64,000 nt of DNA from an uncultured Candidatus Saccharibacteria bacterium (GCA_964607655.1 CAZSKX010000001.1:363010-427009); one strand, 5' to 3'; numbered from the stretch's first letter, positions 9,687 to 19,278 are shown. Program-made: numbers and translations. The notes: generated by a model not told the origin, from the letters alone.

Positions 9687-9884
9687 ATGTTCGGAAGCAT
9701 ACAGACTACCCCGTCCCGGCATCGGCCGAGACGCCTGACCGATAACCAGAAGATCGCCTGTTTCCTTGTGCTCCTCTACGGCCTATCTGTCGCCTACTTC
9801 CTGACTCCAGGATTCGCTTCGAGGACGCCTGAGCAGGAAGACCACCAGGCCGAGCAGTTGCAGGCTGAATTCGCGCTGCCATAG
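9687..9884 (+). CDS. Small membrane protein (65 aa)
   Basis: SD AAAGGAGG 8 nt upstream; one TM helix. Confidence 0.4.
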   Translation: MFGSIQTTPSRHRPRRLTDNQKIACFLVLLYGLSVAYFLTPGFASRTPEQEDHQAEQLQAEFALP

Positions 9885-9943
9885 CCCCCTTCCAAGGAAC
9901 TTTTGAGCAGCCAGACCAAGCCCCACGCCAGACAGCGTGGGGC

Positions 9944-9972
9944 TTGACATTTCGATACTTTTGTGTATTATG
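9944..9972 (+). promoter_or_regulatory. Sigma70-like promoter (TTGACA-17-ATTATG) directly after a terminator hairpin
   Basis: Hairpin 9918-9945 is followed by TTGACA, a 17-nt spacer and a TATAAT-like hexamer upstream of the 424-aa ORF. Confidence 0.45.
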
Positions 9973-10036
9973 GAGCGCAGAGACCGCCGCCCTGCTTCAG
10001 GGCAATAGGTCATTGACAACTGGAGAGGTAAGGAAC

Positions 10037-11311
10037 ATGTTCTACATCTACGCAACCCTAGTTGCACTGGCCTGTTACGTTCTCTACACGTTCCCCGTTC
10101 TGTTGCTTTTGCCTGTTCCGGCCATTCTGGCCTGGGCAGTGTGGAAGGCTCAAATCTGGGTACTCAACAACATGCGCAACACCGATGGTCAGGTCACGAC
10201 AAACGCGACCTGGACCCTCGGTGTGGCACAGGCCATCATCATCGGCCTCGCGTCGGGCTTCTGTGCCTACACGCTGGTCAACGCGACGCTCGACTTCTGG
10301 TACCTGGAAGAGATCCTGGGCCCAGCGGTTGGCGTGGGCACTGCCCTCTACGTAGGGCAGTGGGTATTCGATCGGTTCGTCGAGGTCGAGCTCTACTACG
10401 TTGGTATCGGGCTCGACCGCGGGACGCCGACCGGGAGACTCTACGAGCAGGGCAAACACTGGGTGCCCTTCCTTCACAGTCTCGTTGGGTGCCCGTACAA
10501 GGGAGCCCAGCTCGCGCCGCTTCTCATGCCGCACGAAAAGATCTCGACCCGTGACGGGTCGCAGGTTGAGTTCGGCATCGACGAAGAGGACCTGCAGAAG
10601 CGGAACCGGATCGTCTACCAGATCATCAGCCCCCTCGTTTACGTCGGCGTTGTCGACCCTGACGACCGGATGCGTGAGGAGTTTCTGGAAAAGGCTCGAA
10701 TCTTCTTCTCGAAGATGGCGAACGCCATCGGCGTGAAGGTGGAGAAGACTCTTTTCAGCGACTGGCTCATGCTGCGGCCTGGTGGCTACGACAAGGATGG
10801 CAACCTCCTCGACTGGAATCTCGGCCTCGAGGTCTCCAGCTTCATCGGCAAGCTCCGTGCCATCACCTTCGAAGACGCAGGCGGCAAGACGCAGCGACTC
10901 TTTGAAGAAGACGGCCTCATGGTTCTCTTGGAGAACTCAGGAGAATTTCTGACTCGGTTGAGCGGATGGGGCATCGGCGAAGTTCTCGTCTTCACCCCGA
11001 ACGTGAATCCCGACACAGAGATCCTCAAGGCCATCACGGCAAAGACGGCGGCCGGCGAAGCGATGGAGGCTGTCGAGACCCGCGTCAAGAAGCAGAAGAC
11101 GCTCATCGCTGCGCTGAAGAAAACCGGGATGAGCCCGGATCTCGCCGCGGCAATCGTGAACAACGAGTCGGGTGGCAAGTCCACCGTCAATGTCTCGCAC
11201 AGCACGAACACGGTGACCGATCTGGCAAAGGCCGCGGAAGCGCTCGGTGCCGGCATCGGCGCAGTCCTTGGCAAAAAGGTCGGGGAGACAGCGCTCCCTG
11301 AGGAAAAATAA
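10037..11311 (+). CDS. Hypothetical membrane-anchored protein (4 N-terminal TM helices + ~300-aa soluble domain)
   Basis: Start moved to the ATG with SD GGAGAGGTAAGG; no recognisable motif; 424 aa. Confidence 0.55.
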   Translation: MFYIYATLVALACYVLYTFPVLLLLPVPAILAWAVWKAQIWVLNNMRNTDGQVTTNATWTLGVAQAIIIGLASGFCAYTLVNATLDFWYLEEILGPAVGVGTALYVGQWVFDRFVEVELYYVGIGLDRGTPTGRLYEQGKHWVPFLHSLVGCPYKGAQLAPLLMPHEKISTRDGSQVEFGIDEEDLQKRNRIVYQIISPLVYVGVVDPDDRMREEFLEKARIFFSKMANAIGVKVEKTLFSDWLMLRPGGYDKDGNLLDWNLGLEVSSFIGKLRAITFEDAGGKTQRLFEEDGLMVLLENSGEFLTRLSGWGIGEVLVFTPNVNPDTEILKAITAKTAAGEAMEAVETRVKKQKTLIAALKKTGMSPDLAAAIVNNESGGKSTVNVSHSTNTVTDLAKAAEALGAGIGAVLGKKVGETALPEEK

Positions 11312-11323
11312 GGAGAGGAGACG

Positions 11324-11770
11324 ATGAGCAACCTGACTCGTGAACTTGGGCGACCGCAGCCGTCTGAGGGAAGCCAGAAGAATGTATGGAAGGTCATCCA
11401 GACCATCGTCGTTCTGATGATTCTCTCGGGCATGGCTTCTGCCGTCCGGTCGTGTCGCTCGTCGGAGTCGGAGAACCCGACCCTGACGGTGGCAACCCCG
11501 CGCGAAAACCCCTCCGTCACCTGCGACTTCGCAAGTGGCCGGGAGAAGCGATACTGCCACCTCCCTCGCAGGGAGTGCAGCCGAGAGATCACCTTCGATC
11601 CTGCAGAGGGGAAGGCGAACGACGGCAAGGTACTCTCCTATGGCCCAACAGAAGAAGGCGTCGTCCTCCACCGGTGGACGAATGTCTACGGAGGGACGGT
11701 GTATCAGCTCTGTGCGACCGGCAGCCACGCTGTCGACGCGTACTACAAGCTCATCCCGAAGCCTGACTAG
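11324..11770 (+). CDS. Hypothetical protein with N-terminal TM and Cys-containing domain
   Basis: SD AAGGAGAGGAG upstream; 13-nt gap from the previous gene suggests a co-operon; terminator hairpin follows at 11791-11831. Confidence 0.5.
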   Translation: MSNLTRELGRPQPSEGSQKNVWKVIQTIVVLMILSGMASAVRSCRSSESENPTLTVATPRENPSVTCDFASGREKRYCHLPRRECSREITFDPAEGKANDGKVLSYGPTEEGVVLHRWTNVYGGTVYQLCATGSHAVDAYYKLIPKPD

Positions 11771-11790
11771 CCTCCTTCTTGTTCCTTCAT

Positions 11791-11831
11791 CGCCCGTCAT
11801 ACCATCCAGGTATGGCGGGCGATCTCTTTTT
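11791..11831. terminator. Convergent terminator hairpin
   Basis: cgcccgtcatacc-atccag-ggtatggcgggcg followed by a T-tract; sits between convergent genes. Confidence 0.5.
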
Positions 11832-12129
11832 ATGGGGCGGGCAGATCTCCCTCGCAGGTGAGCAGTCCCCATGGCCCGGGCGTCTCACAGTTGAAAGTTC
11901 TCAGAGCAATATTGATGATCCCGAACGCGCCGAAGATTATCGTTAATCCGATCAATCCCCATAGCATGGAATCTTTACCAACCTTGCGCTTGGCCGGGTC
12001 TCCGGCACCTGCGATAAACTGAACAATTCCCCAGAGAAAAACCACAAACGCCCCTGCCGTAAGCAGGAGCATAAGCGGATTCACTATCTGAACAACAACG
12101 CGGTCGAGAAAGTTGAGCAGCGCTGACAT
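11830..12129 (-). CDS. TrbC/VirB2-like T4SS pilin-family small membrane protein (paralog 1)
   Basis: Two hydrophobic helices separated by a charged G-AGD-AKRK-GK loop and a C-terminal WGL-N motif shared with its five neighbours. Confidence 0.55.
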   Translation of the reverse strand: MSALLNFLDRVVVQIVNPLMLLLTAGAFVVFLWGIVQFIAGAGDPAKRKVGKDSMLWGLIGLTIIFGAFGIINIALRTFNCETPGPWGLLTCEGDLPAP

Positions 12130-12500
12130 TACCCACCGATCTGGACTCCTGCCGAAGGCGTACCCCCTGAAGGACCAGTGTTGTCACCGAAGTCGAAGGT
12201 GCCGACGAGGATGTTAACAAGACCCCAGATCGAGACCATGACGAAGAAGCCGATCAAGCTGTAAAGCATGAGACTCTTGCCCTTGTCCTTGGCGTCTTCT
12301 GAGCCGGCTCCAAGGATAAAAGTCGTAAAGGCGCCCCAAAGGAAGACGATAAAGGCAACCGCGAAGAGCACCGGAACGATAATATTATTTATCGTATCGA
12401 TGATAAATGTTCCGACATCACTGATGTCATTAAGAGCGGCGAAGGTGACCATCGGAAGGGTCAACGCAGCGAGAGTGCTAAGAGTTACGACTTTTTTCAT
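12129..12500 (-). CDS. TrbC/VirB2-like pilin-family protein (paralog 2)
   Basis: Signal peptide, then IIVPVLFAVAFIVFLWGAF...GAGSEDAKDKGKSLMLYSLIGFFVMVSIWGLVNIL. Confidence 0.6.
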   Translation of the reverse strand: MKKVVTLSTLAALTLPMVTFAALNDISDVGTFIIDTINNIIVPVLFAVAFIVFLWGAFTTFILGAGSEDAKDKGKSLMLYSLIGFFVMVSIWGLVNILVGTFDFGDNTGPSGGTPSAGVQIGG

Positions 12501-12596
12501 ACTTTGTATAAGTGGCTAATGGGTTAATTGTAGCTTGGCGAAACGTAAGGTCAATGCAGTTTGCGCGCCAGTGTGGATAGCTGGCTCGACAGTAGC

Positions 12597-12995
12597 CTAA
12601 AGAATTGGCCGAAGGGTTGGCGTTGGTATACCTGTATTATCTTGCTTATCTAAGTTAAGCGTCTCCTTGACGATAAACACGATGCCCCACACCGAGAGGA
12701 TGATGACGAATCCTATAATCCCATTCATGGCGAACTTCCTCCCCTCCGTGCGCGCCTTTTCATCGGCTGCACCTAAGATGAAGTATTTATAGATACCCCA
12801 GAGAAAGACGATGAGCGCCACCGCCATAAGCATGGGTACTAAATAAATGTTTATGAAGCCAATGAGATCATTGGCATAGTAACCGATGTACGTGAAGTCG
12901 AGACCGTCTGCTGTTCCTGCTGATGCCGCTGCCGCTGCAGGTAGGATGAGGTACCCTATTGCTCCCACTCCCGCTACTTTTGCTGATGTTGTCAT
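12597..12995 (-). CDS. TrbC/VirB2-like pilin-family protein (paralog 3)
   Basis: Same two-helix core (LVPMLMAVALIVFLWG...GAADEKARTEGRK...SVWGIVFIV). Confidence 0.55.
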   Translation of the reverse strand: MTTSAKVAGVGAIGYLILPAAAAASAGTADGLDFTYIGYYANDLIGFINIYLVPMLMAVALIVFLWGIYKYFILGAADEKARTEGRKFAMNGIIGFVIILSVWGIVFIVKETLNLDKQDNTGIPTPTLRPIL

Positions 12996-13005
12996 AAGAA
13001 GTGAA

Positions 13006-13467
13006 TTAATAAGTGTAAGAGGTTGGTAACGTTTGCAGAGTCGCGTTCTGCAGACCGAAGGTGTTCGCTACGATGTTTACGAGTCCCCAGAGCGAGATCA
13101 TGATGACGAAGCCAATAATCCCCCACAAGATAAGGCGATGACCCTTCCTGACCTCCCCCTCGTCCCCGAGGGAAAAGATATACGTCTTCGCGACACCATA
13201 CAAGAAGGTAATAAACGCCACCGCAAAGAGCAATGGGACAAGGATCGAGTTGATAAGGTAGAGAAGCGTAACGCCAATACGGCAAATCGTAAGCTGGCAA
13301 GAGGCTTGACCGCCCCCACCGCCCCCACCCTCGCCTCCAGCAACACAGAGGCCGTCTGCTCCTCCAATACACAGCCCCGCCCACCAGTCAGCAGCCAGGG
13401 TCCTCGTTGGTAGCAGTATCGCAACGCTCATGATGCTAAGCACGAGAATGAGAAGCGCAGTCCTCAT
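13006..13467 (-). CDS. TrbC/VirB2-like pilin-family protein (paralog 4) with Gly/Cys-rich insert
   Basis: Signal peptide MRTALLILVL..., then GLCIGGADGLCVAGGEGGGGGGGQASC, then the conserved pilin core. The start was chosen to avoid overlap with paralog 5. Confidence 0.5.
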   Translation of the reverse strand: MRTALLILVLSIMSVAILLPTRTLAADWWAGLCIGGADGLCVAGGEGGGGGGGQASCQLTICRIGVTLLYLINSILVPLLFAVAFITFLYGVAKTYIFSLGDEGEVRKGHRLILWGIIGFVIMISLWGLVNIVANTFGLQNATLQTLPTSYTY

Positions 13468-13508
13468 CCGACTTGATAGTGACATATGCATGAAGTATGA
13501 CATGAAGA

Positions 13509-13763
13509 TCAGCTCGGCAAGATCCCAAGCGTGGATAACATTATAAAGAGAATACCCCAAACACTAAACGCCACCGCAAAGCCCACCAAGCCCCAAAGTA
13601 CGAACTGCCGTGCCTCGGCAAGCTTGGAGGTATCGCTGCCGTATATAAAGAAATACTTCACTATGCCCAAAATGAAAGCCGCAAATGCGGCAGCGAATAT
13701 AAGGGGAACAATAATAGTATTAATCCCCTCGACGAGACTCTCGGCAAAAGTCTTGAACGTCAT
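13509..13763 (-). CDS. TrbC/VirB2-like pilin-family protein (paralog 5)
   Basis: 84 aa; IIVPLIFAAAFAAFILG...GSDTSKLAEARQ...SVWGILFIM. Confidence 0.55.
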   Translation of the reverse strand: MTFKTFAESLVEGINTIIVPLIFAAAFAAFILGIVKYFFIYGSDTSKLAEARQFVLWGLVGFAVAFSVWGILFIMLSTLGILPS

Positions 13764-13769
13764 ACCTAG

Positions 13770-14162
13770 CTAATTTCCCGAAAGGGCCTCTACCGTCGCC
13801 AAGATCCCGGTAGCTATCGCCTTAGAGCCAAGCACGATAAGCGCTCCGACAATGGTCCAGACAAACGCGTCACGAGCCTTACTGATCTCTCCAGGATTTC
13901 CTCGTGCCATAACAAAAAGATACCCGACATACACCATCATAAATGCGACGACCACCGATCCAACCGCCACCACGAAATCGAGGATCTGGACAAGAAACTC
14001 TGCAAGGCTGGAAGGCCCCCCATCAATACCTAGAGGGTTAAGCAGCCGCACTCCAATATCGTTCCCCAAGTTCCCGGGTGTATCATCCACCTCAGCGAAG
14101 ACCACCGATGTCCCTGATAAAAGGAGCATCGCAAAGATTAGCAAGGCAACAGTCTTTCTCAT
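13770..14162 (-). CDS. TrbC/VirB2-like pilin-family protein (paralog 6, most canonical)
   Basis: Signal peptide, then the two-helix pilin domain with ARGNPGEISKARD loop. Confidence 0.6.
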   Translation of the reverse strand: MRKTVALLIFAMLLLSGTSVVFAEVDDTPGNLGNDIGVRLLNPLGIDGGPSSLAEFLVQILDFVVAVGSVVVAFMMVYVGYLFVMARGNPGEISKARDAFVWTIVGALIVLGSKAIATGILATVEALSGN

Positions 14163-15466
14163 TGAAGTGATAGGCTTAATTCTGCTGTCGCGCGAGTGAG
14201 TGCCTCACCAGGAGTGAACCGTCCGCTCGTCACGTTTACAATCATACCCGAGAACGCCTTATCCACATCAATGGGTGCTGGGGACAGCCAGCCTTTCGTA
14301 TACAGAGCCGAAGTGTACGCGACATTCGCGAGAGTGTCTGAAGGAGGTTTGGTCAACACGGTGCGCGATACGGGAGCGAGTCCGGTCATTTCGGCTGCCA
14401 GAACTTGCTCTTCAGTGTTGGTCAGCAGGGCCGCCGCTTGGTAGGCTCCACTTGGATTCTTTGCCCCACGCGTAATCATGAACGAATAGATGAGCCCGTA
14501 CGTTGCCTTCGTGGGAGCATTCGCCGGCTGCGGAATCGAAGCCACCGTAAAGTTTAGGTTCGGATTGGCTTCGGCAAGCGCGTTTGCTTCCGACGAGTAG
14601 CCAATGTAAAGGGCCAAATCTGCTGTCGCAAAGGCTTGTTGTGAATTAGGAAGTGAGCTGTTCCAGGTGTAGGAAAGTTTCGCCGGATCTACGAACTGCG
14701 TATAGAACGCGAGCACTGCTTCCCCAGCCGATGTGCCACCGCCCATGACGCTGCGAGTCAACTCAACCTGTACTTGTCCGGTCGGTTGGATCGAAACCAT
14801 AGGGACACGCGTCTGAAGGAAAAGCGTCGAGAGGATCCCTCGAGCATTTTGTACATTCCCGTAGCTTCCCAGACCAATAAGTCCTCGCGTTATCTGTTTT
14901 GAGGGAGTAATGACCGACAGCTTAGGAACGAGACCTACCAGACTTTCCCAGGTCGCCGGAGGTCGAGTAAGACCGTTAGAAGCCAAAATGTCACTGTTTG
15001 CATACAGTATTAACGGATCGACCAAGAAGGGGATTCCGTAGTAGCCTGTCCCGGCTGGATGCCTGAGAATGCTCGCCCCATCGATAAAACTATTGGCAAA
15101 AACACTTTCGGAAAGCGCTGCGCTTGGAACGGGGGCAATAAACGGCACAAGCGGTACCAGCTGTTCTTGCGAAGCAAGCACCGCATCCGGAGCCTTCCCT
15201 GTCGCAATAGCCGCAGCCAAGTCCGTTGCGAGCGCATTGGCGTTAACTTCAGTATAGGCGACATTTTTAAGCGCCTCATTGGTTTTACCAATTTCGAGAA
15301 GCATGGGCGCGATGACACTCCTCGGCAAGGTTCCCCAAACAGAGACCGGGCCGATTTGAACTCCGCCAGAACTTTTACCGTCGTATGTGGCAAATATAAA
15401 TATGCCGACTAAGGCACCGAACACGAAGACCCCGGTCACTATCCCCTGAAAAAGAGAAACTTTCAT
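14159..15466 (-). CDS. Membrane-anchored extracellular solute-binding-protein-like (SBP family 1-like) protein
   Basis: N-terminal TM anchor and a ~400-aa Ala/Gly/Thr-rich periplasmic domain. The layout resembles ABC-transporter SBPs, but no permease or ATPase is adjacent. It overlaps pilin paralog 6 by 4 nt. Confidence 0.4.
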   Translation of the reverse strand: MKVSLFQGIVTGVFVFGALVGIFIFATYDGKSSGGVQIGPVSVWGTLPRSVIAPMLLEIGKTNEALKNVAYTEVNANALATDLAAAIATGKAPDAVLASQEQLVPLVPFIAPVPSAALSESVFANSFIDGASILRHPAGTGYYGIPFLVDPLILYANSDILASNGLTRPPATWESLVGLVPKLSVITPSKQITRGLIGLGSYGNVQNARGILSTLFLQTRVPMVSIQPTGQVQVELTRSVMGGGTSAGEAVLAFYTQFVDPAKLSYTWNSSLPNSQQAFATADLALYIGYSSEANALAEANPNLNFTVASIPQPANAPTKATYGLIYSFMITRGAKNPSGAYQAAALLTNTEEQVLAAEMTGLAPVSRTVLTKPPSDTLANVAYTSALYTKGWLSPAPIDVDKAFSGMIVNVTSGRFTPGEALTRATAELSLSLQ

Positions 15467-15469
15467 ACG

Positions 15470-16006
15470 CTATGCTCTACTAAATATAGCACCATGGTGG
15501 TGGGCACCGGCGTGGAGACTCTTTACTTTTTTAAATCCGGCGCGCGCCACAAGCTCCTCGGCCTTCGCCTCAGTCACCACCTGCTCCTTTGCCGGTCCCA
15601 TTCCTCCATGACTGTCGGTCCAGTCGACGATGAGTAGATGACCTTCGCTCTTCAATACTCGAGCCACTTCGCGCAAAAGTTCGTCGTGATCTTCAGCCTG
15701 AAAAAGAACATTCGCGAGCACGACAGCATCGAGCGATTCATCACGGAGGTGGCTACCGCCGTATTTCTCGATATTGCCCCAGACCGCTTCGATGATCGAC
15801 TGATGGTGGAGGTGTGTGTTGAGCTTCAGGTGTTTTAATACATCCTCTTGGATATCGACTGCGTAGACCTTGCCTGTATCGCCCACCGCGCCGGCGAGCG
15901 CGCGAGCGTAGTGTCCGCTCCCAGCGCCAAAATCACCCACTCTCATTCCCTCTTTGAGTCCCAGTTGGAGGATGATCTCCTGCGGACTACTAAAAGACCC
16001 ATGCAT
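15470..16006 (-). CDS. Class I SAM-dependent methyltransferase
   Basis: Motif I VGDFGAGSGHYA and a post-I acidic residue (VDIQED); it is the first gene of the minus-strand operon (3-nt gap to the next gene). Confidence 0.7.
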   Translation of the reverse strand: MHGSFSSPQEIILQLGLKEGMRVGDFGAGSGHYARALAGAVGDTGKVYAVDIQEDVLKHLKLNTHLHHQSIIEAVWGNIEKYGGSHLRDESLDAVVLANVLFQAEDHDELLREVARVLKSEGHLLIVDWTDSHGGMGPAKEQVVTEAKAEELVARAGFKKVKSLHAGAHHHGAIFSRA

Positions 16007-16075
16007 ACCTCTAACTTACCACGCGCAGGCCGTATGTATTGCAGAATTAACAAGTTCTTTACAATGCAGTCTGAT

Positions 16076-16111
16076 AAAAAGGCGGGCCCGCTCCACGTGG
16101 TGGAGCGGGCC
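16076..16111 (-). terminator. Rho-independent terminator for the upstream minus-strand gene
   Basis: ggcccgctccac-gtgg-gtggagcgggcc with a T-tract on the minus strand. Confidence 0.6.
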
Positions 16112-16125
16112 TTTGTTGGCTGCGA

Positions 16126-16368
16126 CTAATCGCAACCATTGGCGTCTTCGTAGATCTGGTCCTGGAGTCGGCGGTGCAACTCGTCGTCGCGCAACTTAAG
16201 CTGGAGCAGTGCTACATCGAGTGCCCGTTCTTCGGTCGCTTCGCGAATGTAAATCGCGCCGTCGAGCACGCTGAGATGGATCGGGAGCGAAAGCCGGGGG
16301 TCGCACTGCAGATTGTAGGGACCACTTTTCTTCAGCCTTGCGAGTTTTTCGAGAAAGGTGTCGGGCAC
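16126..16368 (-). CDS. Hypothetical protein (80 aa)
   Basis: ORF with its own terminator; no recognisable motif. Confidence 0.35.
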   Translation of the reverse strand: MPDTFLEKLARLKKSGPYNLQCDPRLSLPIHLSVLDGAIYIREATEERALDVALLQLKLRDDELHRRLQDQIYEDANGCD

Positions 16369-16443
16369 GGGAGCCTCCTAGATCGTGTTGTTGAAGGACG
16401 AGCAGACTCTATATTAGCACACGTTTATAACGAGTTGCAAATT

Positions 16444-18927
16444 CTACAACGCGACGATCGACGCGATCGAATCGCCCTCGTAGAGGCGCATCACGCGGAC
16501 ACCCTGAGTCGCGCGTGAGAGGGTCGGAATCTCATTTACCTTGGTGCGGATCACCTGGCCCTTCTTTGAGATCACGACGAGTTCATCGCTCACCTCTTCG
16601 TTACTCGTGACCACCTTGGCGCCGATAATCTCGCCGGTCTTTGATGTTACCTCCGCAGTCTTAATGCCCGAACCACCGCGTCCTTGGACCTTATATTCGT
16701 CGAGCTTGGTCTGTTTACCATAGCCCTTACCCATCACTACCAGAAGCGATGCCGCTTTCGCGAGCTGTGCCGGGATCACCTCAGCTGACACCACGCGGTC
16801 ACTCTTCTTCACGCTCATGCCGCGTACGCCACCAGCGGTACGGCCCATCTCGCGCACTTCTTCAGTATCAAAACGGATCGATTGGCCCTTCGCGGTCACG
16901 ATCGAGACGGTGTCACCCGTGGCCGAGAGGTTCGCCGAGACGAGGCGATCACCCTTCTGGAGATTGATCGCGATAATGCCCGAGCGACGCACGTCAGCAA
17001 AGGCCTTAGCGGCCACGCGCTTCGCGACGCCCTGTTCAGTCACAAAGGTGATCGACGACGCGTCGAGCGCCGAGCCCTTTGGTACCGGCAAAATGCTTGT
17101 CACTTTCTCTTCTCCTGCAAGAGAGAGGAAGTTCATGATGCTCTTACCCTTAGTCGCCCGCTTGCCCTCTGGGATCTCGTACATCTTAAGCTGATATGCC
17201 TTACCAAAATCGGTAAAGAAGAGGAGGTCGTTGTGGGTGTTGGTGACCAAGAAATGCGTCACGATGTCTTCTTCCTTAGTCGCGATATCGACGACGCCGA
17301 CGCCGCCACGCTTCTGACTCTTGTACTCGTTCGGGTTCGTGCGCTTCACGTACCCGCCTTGCGTGAGGAGGAGCATACTCTCTTCGTCGGGCACGAGGTC
17401 TTCTACTGAAATGTTTTGTACGCCACCCTTCACGATCCGCGTGCGTCGGTCGTCGCCGTACTTCTCGGCGAGCTCCTCGAGCTCCTTACGGACCACGGCG
17501 AGGATCTTCTTCGTCGACGAGAGAATGTCCTTAAGCTTCTTGATCAACGTCTGGACCTCGGTGAGCTCGTCTTCGATCTTCTGGCGCTCGAGGCCGGCGA
17601 GCTTCGAGAGGCGCATCTCGAGGATCGCCGCGGCCTGGATCGGGCTAAACCCAAACTTCTTCTGCAACGCCGCTGACGCAGACGGAATATCGGCTGCCTT
17701 CTTAATAATCGCGATAACCTCATCGATATGGTCGAGTGCCTTCGAGAGGCCGAGGAGGATATGCTCGCGCGCTTCTGCCTGTTTCAGATCAAACTCAGTG
17801 CGGCGACGGACCACCTCCTCGCGGTGCTTCACGAAGTGGTGCAGCATGCCCTGGAGCGAGAGCGTCTCAGGCACCCCGTCGACAAGCGCGAGCATGTTGT
17901 AGTGGAAGGTGCTCTCAAGCTCAGTGTGCTTGTAGAGCGCATTGAGGACCGCTTGCGGATGGGCCGTACCCTTAAGCTCTACCACGATACGAATATCGGT
18001 CGTCGACTCGTCGCGCAGGTCGCGGATCCCTTCGATCTTCTTGTCCTGTACCAGCTCGGCGATCCGGGTGATCATGTCACTCTTGTTCACGCGATACGGG
18101 ATCGAGGTGATCACGATGCGCGTGTCCTTCTTGCCGTCATCGATGATCTCAGCCTCGCCACGCACGACAAGCGGCCCTCTGCCCGTCGAGTAGGCCTGTT
18201 TAATATCTGCCTGATTAAAAGCGACTGCGCCGAGTGGGAAGTCTGGACCTTTTACAAACTCGAGAAGGTCTTCGGTTGTCGCGTCTGGACTCTCGATCAG
18301 GTGGATCGCGGCGGCGACCACCTCCCGCAGGTTATGCGGAGGGATCTCGGTCGCCATACCGACGGCAATACCGAGCGTGCCGTTCAAAAGAAGGTTTGGA
18401 AGAGCGGCCGGGAGAACCGTCGGCTCTTCACGCGTGGCATCGTAGTTGGGCATCCACTTGACCGTCTCTTTATCGATGTCGCCGAGGAGCGATTCGGATA
18501 GGCGGGACATCTTGGCCTCGGTGTAACGCATGGCTGCAGGACTATCGCCGTCGATGGAACCGAAGTTGCCCTGGCCGAGCACGAGCGGATATCTGTAGGA
18601 AAAGTTTTGCGCCATCTTCGCCATCGTGTCGTAGACGGCCGTGTCACCGTGCGGGTGATACTTACCGAGCACCTCGCCGACCACCGTAGCCGACTTACGG
18701 AACTTTCCTCCGGGAACGAGTCCCATATCCTTCATCGCGTAGAGCACGCGACGATGCACTGGCTTAAGCCCGTCACGCACGTCAGGCAGGGCGCGCGCCG
18801 TGATCACGGTCATCGCGTAGTCGATATACGACTGACGCATCTCGGCGACGATAGGCTGTTGGATAACGTTTTTCGCGGCTGGTGCCGCGTCTACCGTCTC
18901 TTCAGGAGTTACCTTACCTCGTGCCAT
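16444..18927 (-). CDS. gyrA: DNA gyrase subunit A
   Basis: 827 aa with the AAMRYTE active-site tyrosine motif and C-terminal beta-pinwheel repeats. Confidence 0.95.
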   Translation of the reverse strand: MARGKVTPEETVDAAPAAKNVIQQPIVAEMRQSYIDYAMTVITARALPDVRDGLKPVHRRVLYAMKDMGLVPGGKFRKSATVVGEVLGKYHPHGDTAVYDTMAKMAQNFSYRYPLVLGQGNFGSIDGDSPAAMRYTEAKMSRLSESLLGDIDKETVKWMPNYDATREEPTVLPAALPNLLLNGTLGIAVGMATEIPPHNLREVVAAAIHLIESPDATTEDLLEFVKGPDFPLGAVAFNQADIKQAYSTGRGPLVVRGEAEIIDDGKKDTRIVITSIPYRVNKSDMITRIAELVQDKKIEGIRDLRDESTTDIRIVVELKGTAHPQAVLNALYKHTELESTFHYNMLALVDGVPETLSLQGMLHHFVKHREEVVRRRTEFDLKQAEAREHILLGLSKALDHIDEVIAIIKKAADIPSASAALQKKFGFSPIQAAAILEMRLSKLAGLERQKIEDELTEVQTLIKKLKDILSSTKKILAVVRKELEELAEKYGDDRRTRIVKGGVQNISVEDLVPDEESMLLLTQGGYVKRTNPNEYKSQKRGGVGVVDIATKEEDIVTHFLVTNTHNDLLFFTDFGKAYQLKMYEIPEGKRATKGKSIMNFLSLAGEEKVTSILPVPKGSALDASSITFVTEQGVAKRVAAKAFADVRRSGIIAINLQKGDRLVSANLSATGDTVSIVTAKGQSIRFDTEEVREMGRTAGGVRGMSVKKSDRVVSAEVIPAQLAKAASLLVVMGKGYGKQTKLDEYKVQGRGGSGIKTAEVTSKTGEIIGAKVVTSNEEVSDELVVISKKGQVIRTKVNEIPTLSRATQGVRVMRLYEGDSIASIVAL

Positions 18928-18936
18928 ATCAAAACA

Positions 18937-19278
18937 TTAAAAGGGGATGATCGTACGATCGTCAGAAGTGGTCGCCGACGAAGCCGCGGGCGTTACGTTA
19001 ACAATCTGAATACGTGGACTGTCGTCTTCGCCCGAGAGCGCGGCGGCTGCGCCAGCGAGCTGGCTACCATCGGGGCCAACCTTCTCAACAGGCTCTTGCC
19101 CGACCGCGTCGGCAAACTGGCTACCCTGGATCGCAAAGGAATTCGTGGCGAGTGAAGCGGAGAGCCACACCAGAGCAACGAGACCCGTAGCACCGCCGGC
19201 AACGCTAAAGGCCACCTTCTTACGAATGTGGTGCGGCTGCTCCTTAACCCGGTTTACGTGGTGAATAATGCGTCGCAT
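18937..19278 (-). CDS. Hypothetical secreted/membrane-anchored protein
   Basis: 113 aa with an N-terminal hydrophobic segment and an Ala/Gly/Ser-rich body. Confidence 0.35.
   Translation of the reverse strand: MRRIIHHVNRVKEQPHHIRKKVAFSVAGGATGLVALVWLSASLATNSFAIQGSQFADAVGQEPVEKVGPDGSQLAGAAAALSGEDDSPRIQIVNVTPAASSATTSDDRTIIPF

Noticed and set aside
10786-11872. Minus-strand ORFs 10786..11628 and 10937..11872 (280 and 311 aa)
   Set aside because: They are antisense to the SD-supported 424-aa and 148-aa plus-strand genes and are Arg/Ser-rich with no start context.
16541-18927. Numerous plus-strand ORFs (e.g. 17321..17902, 17728..18501) opposite gyrA
   Set aside because: They are antisense frames within gyrA with no independent support.
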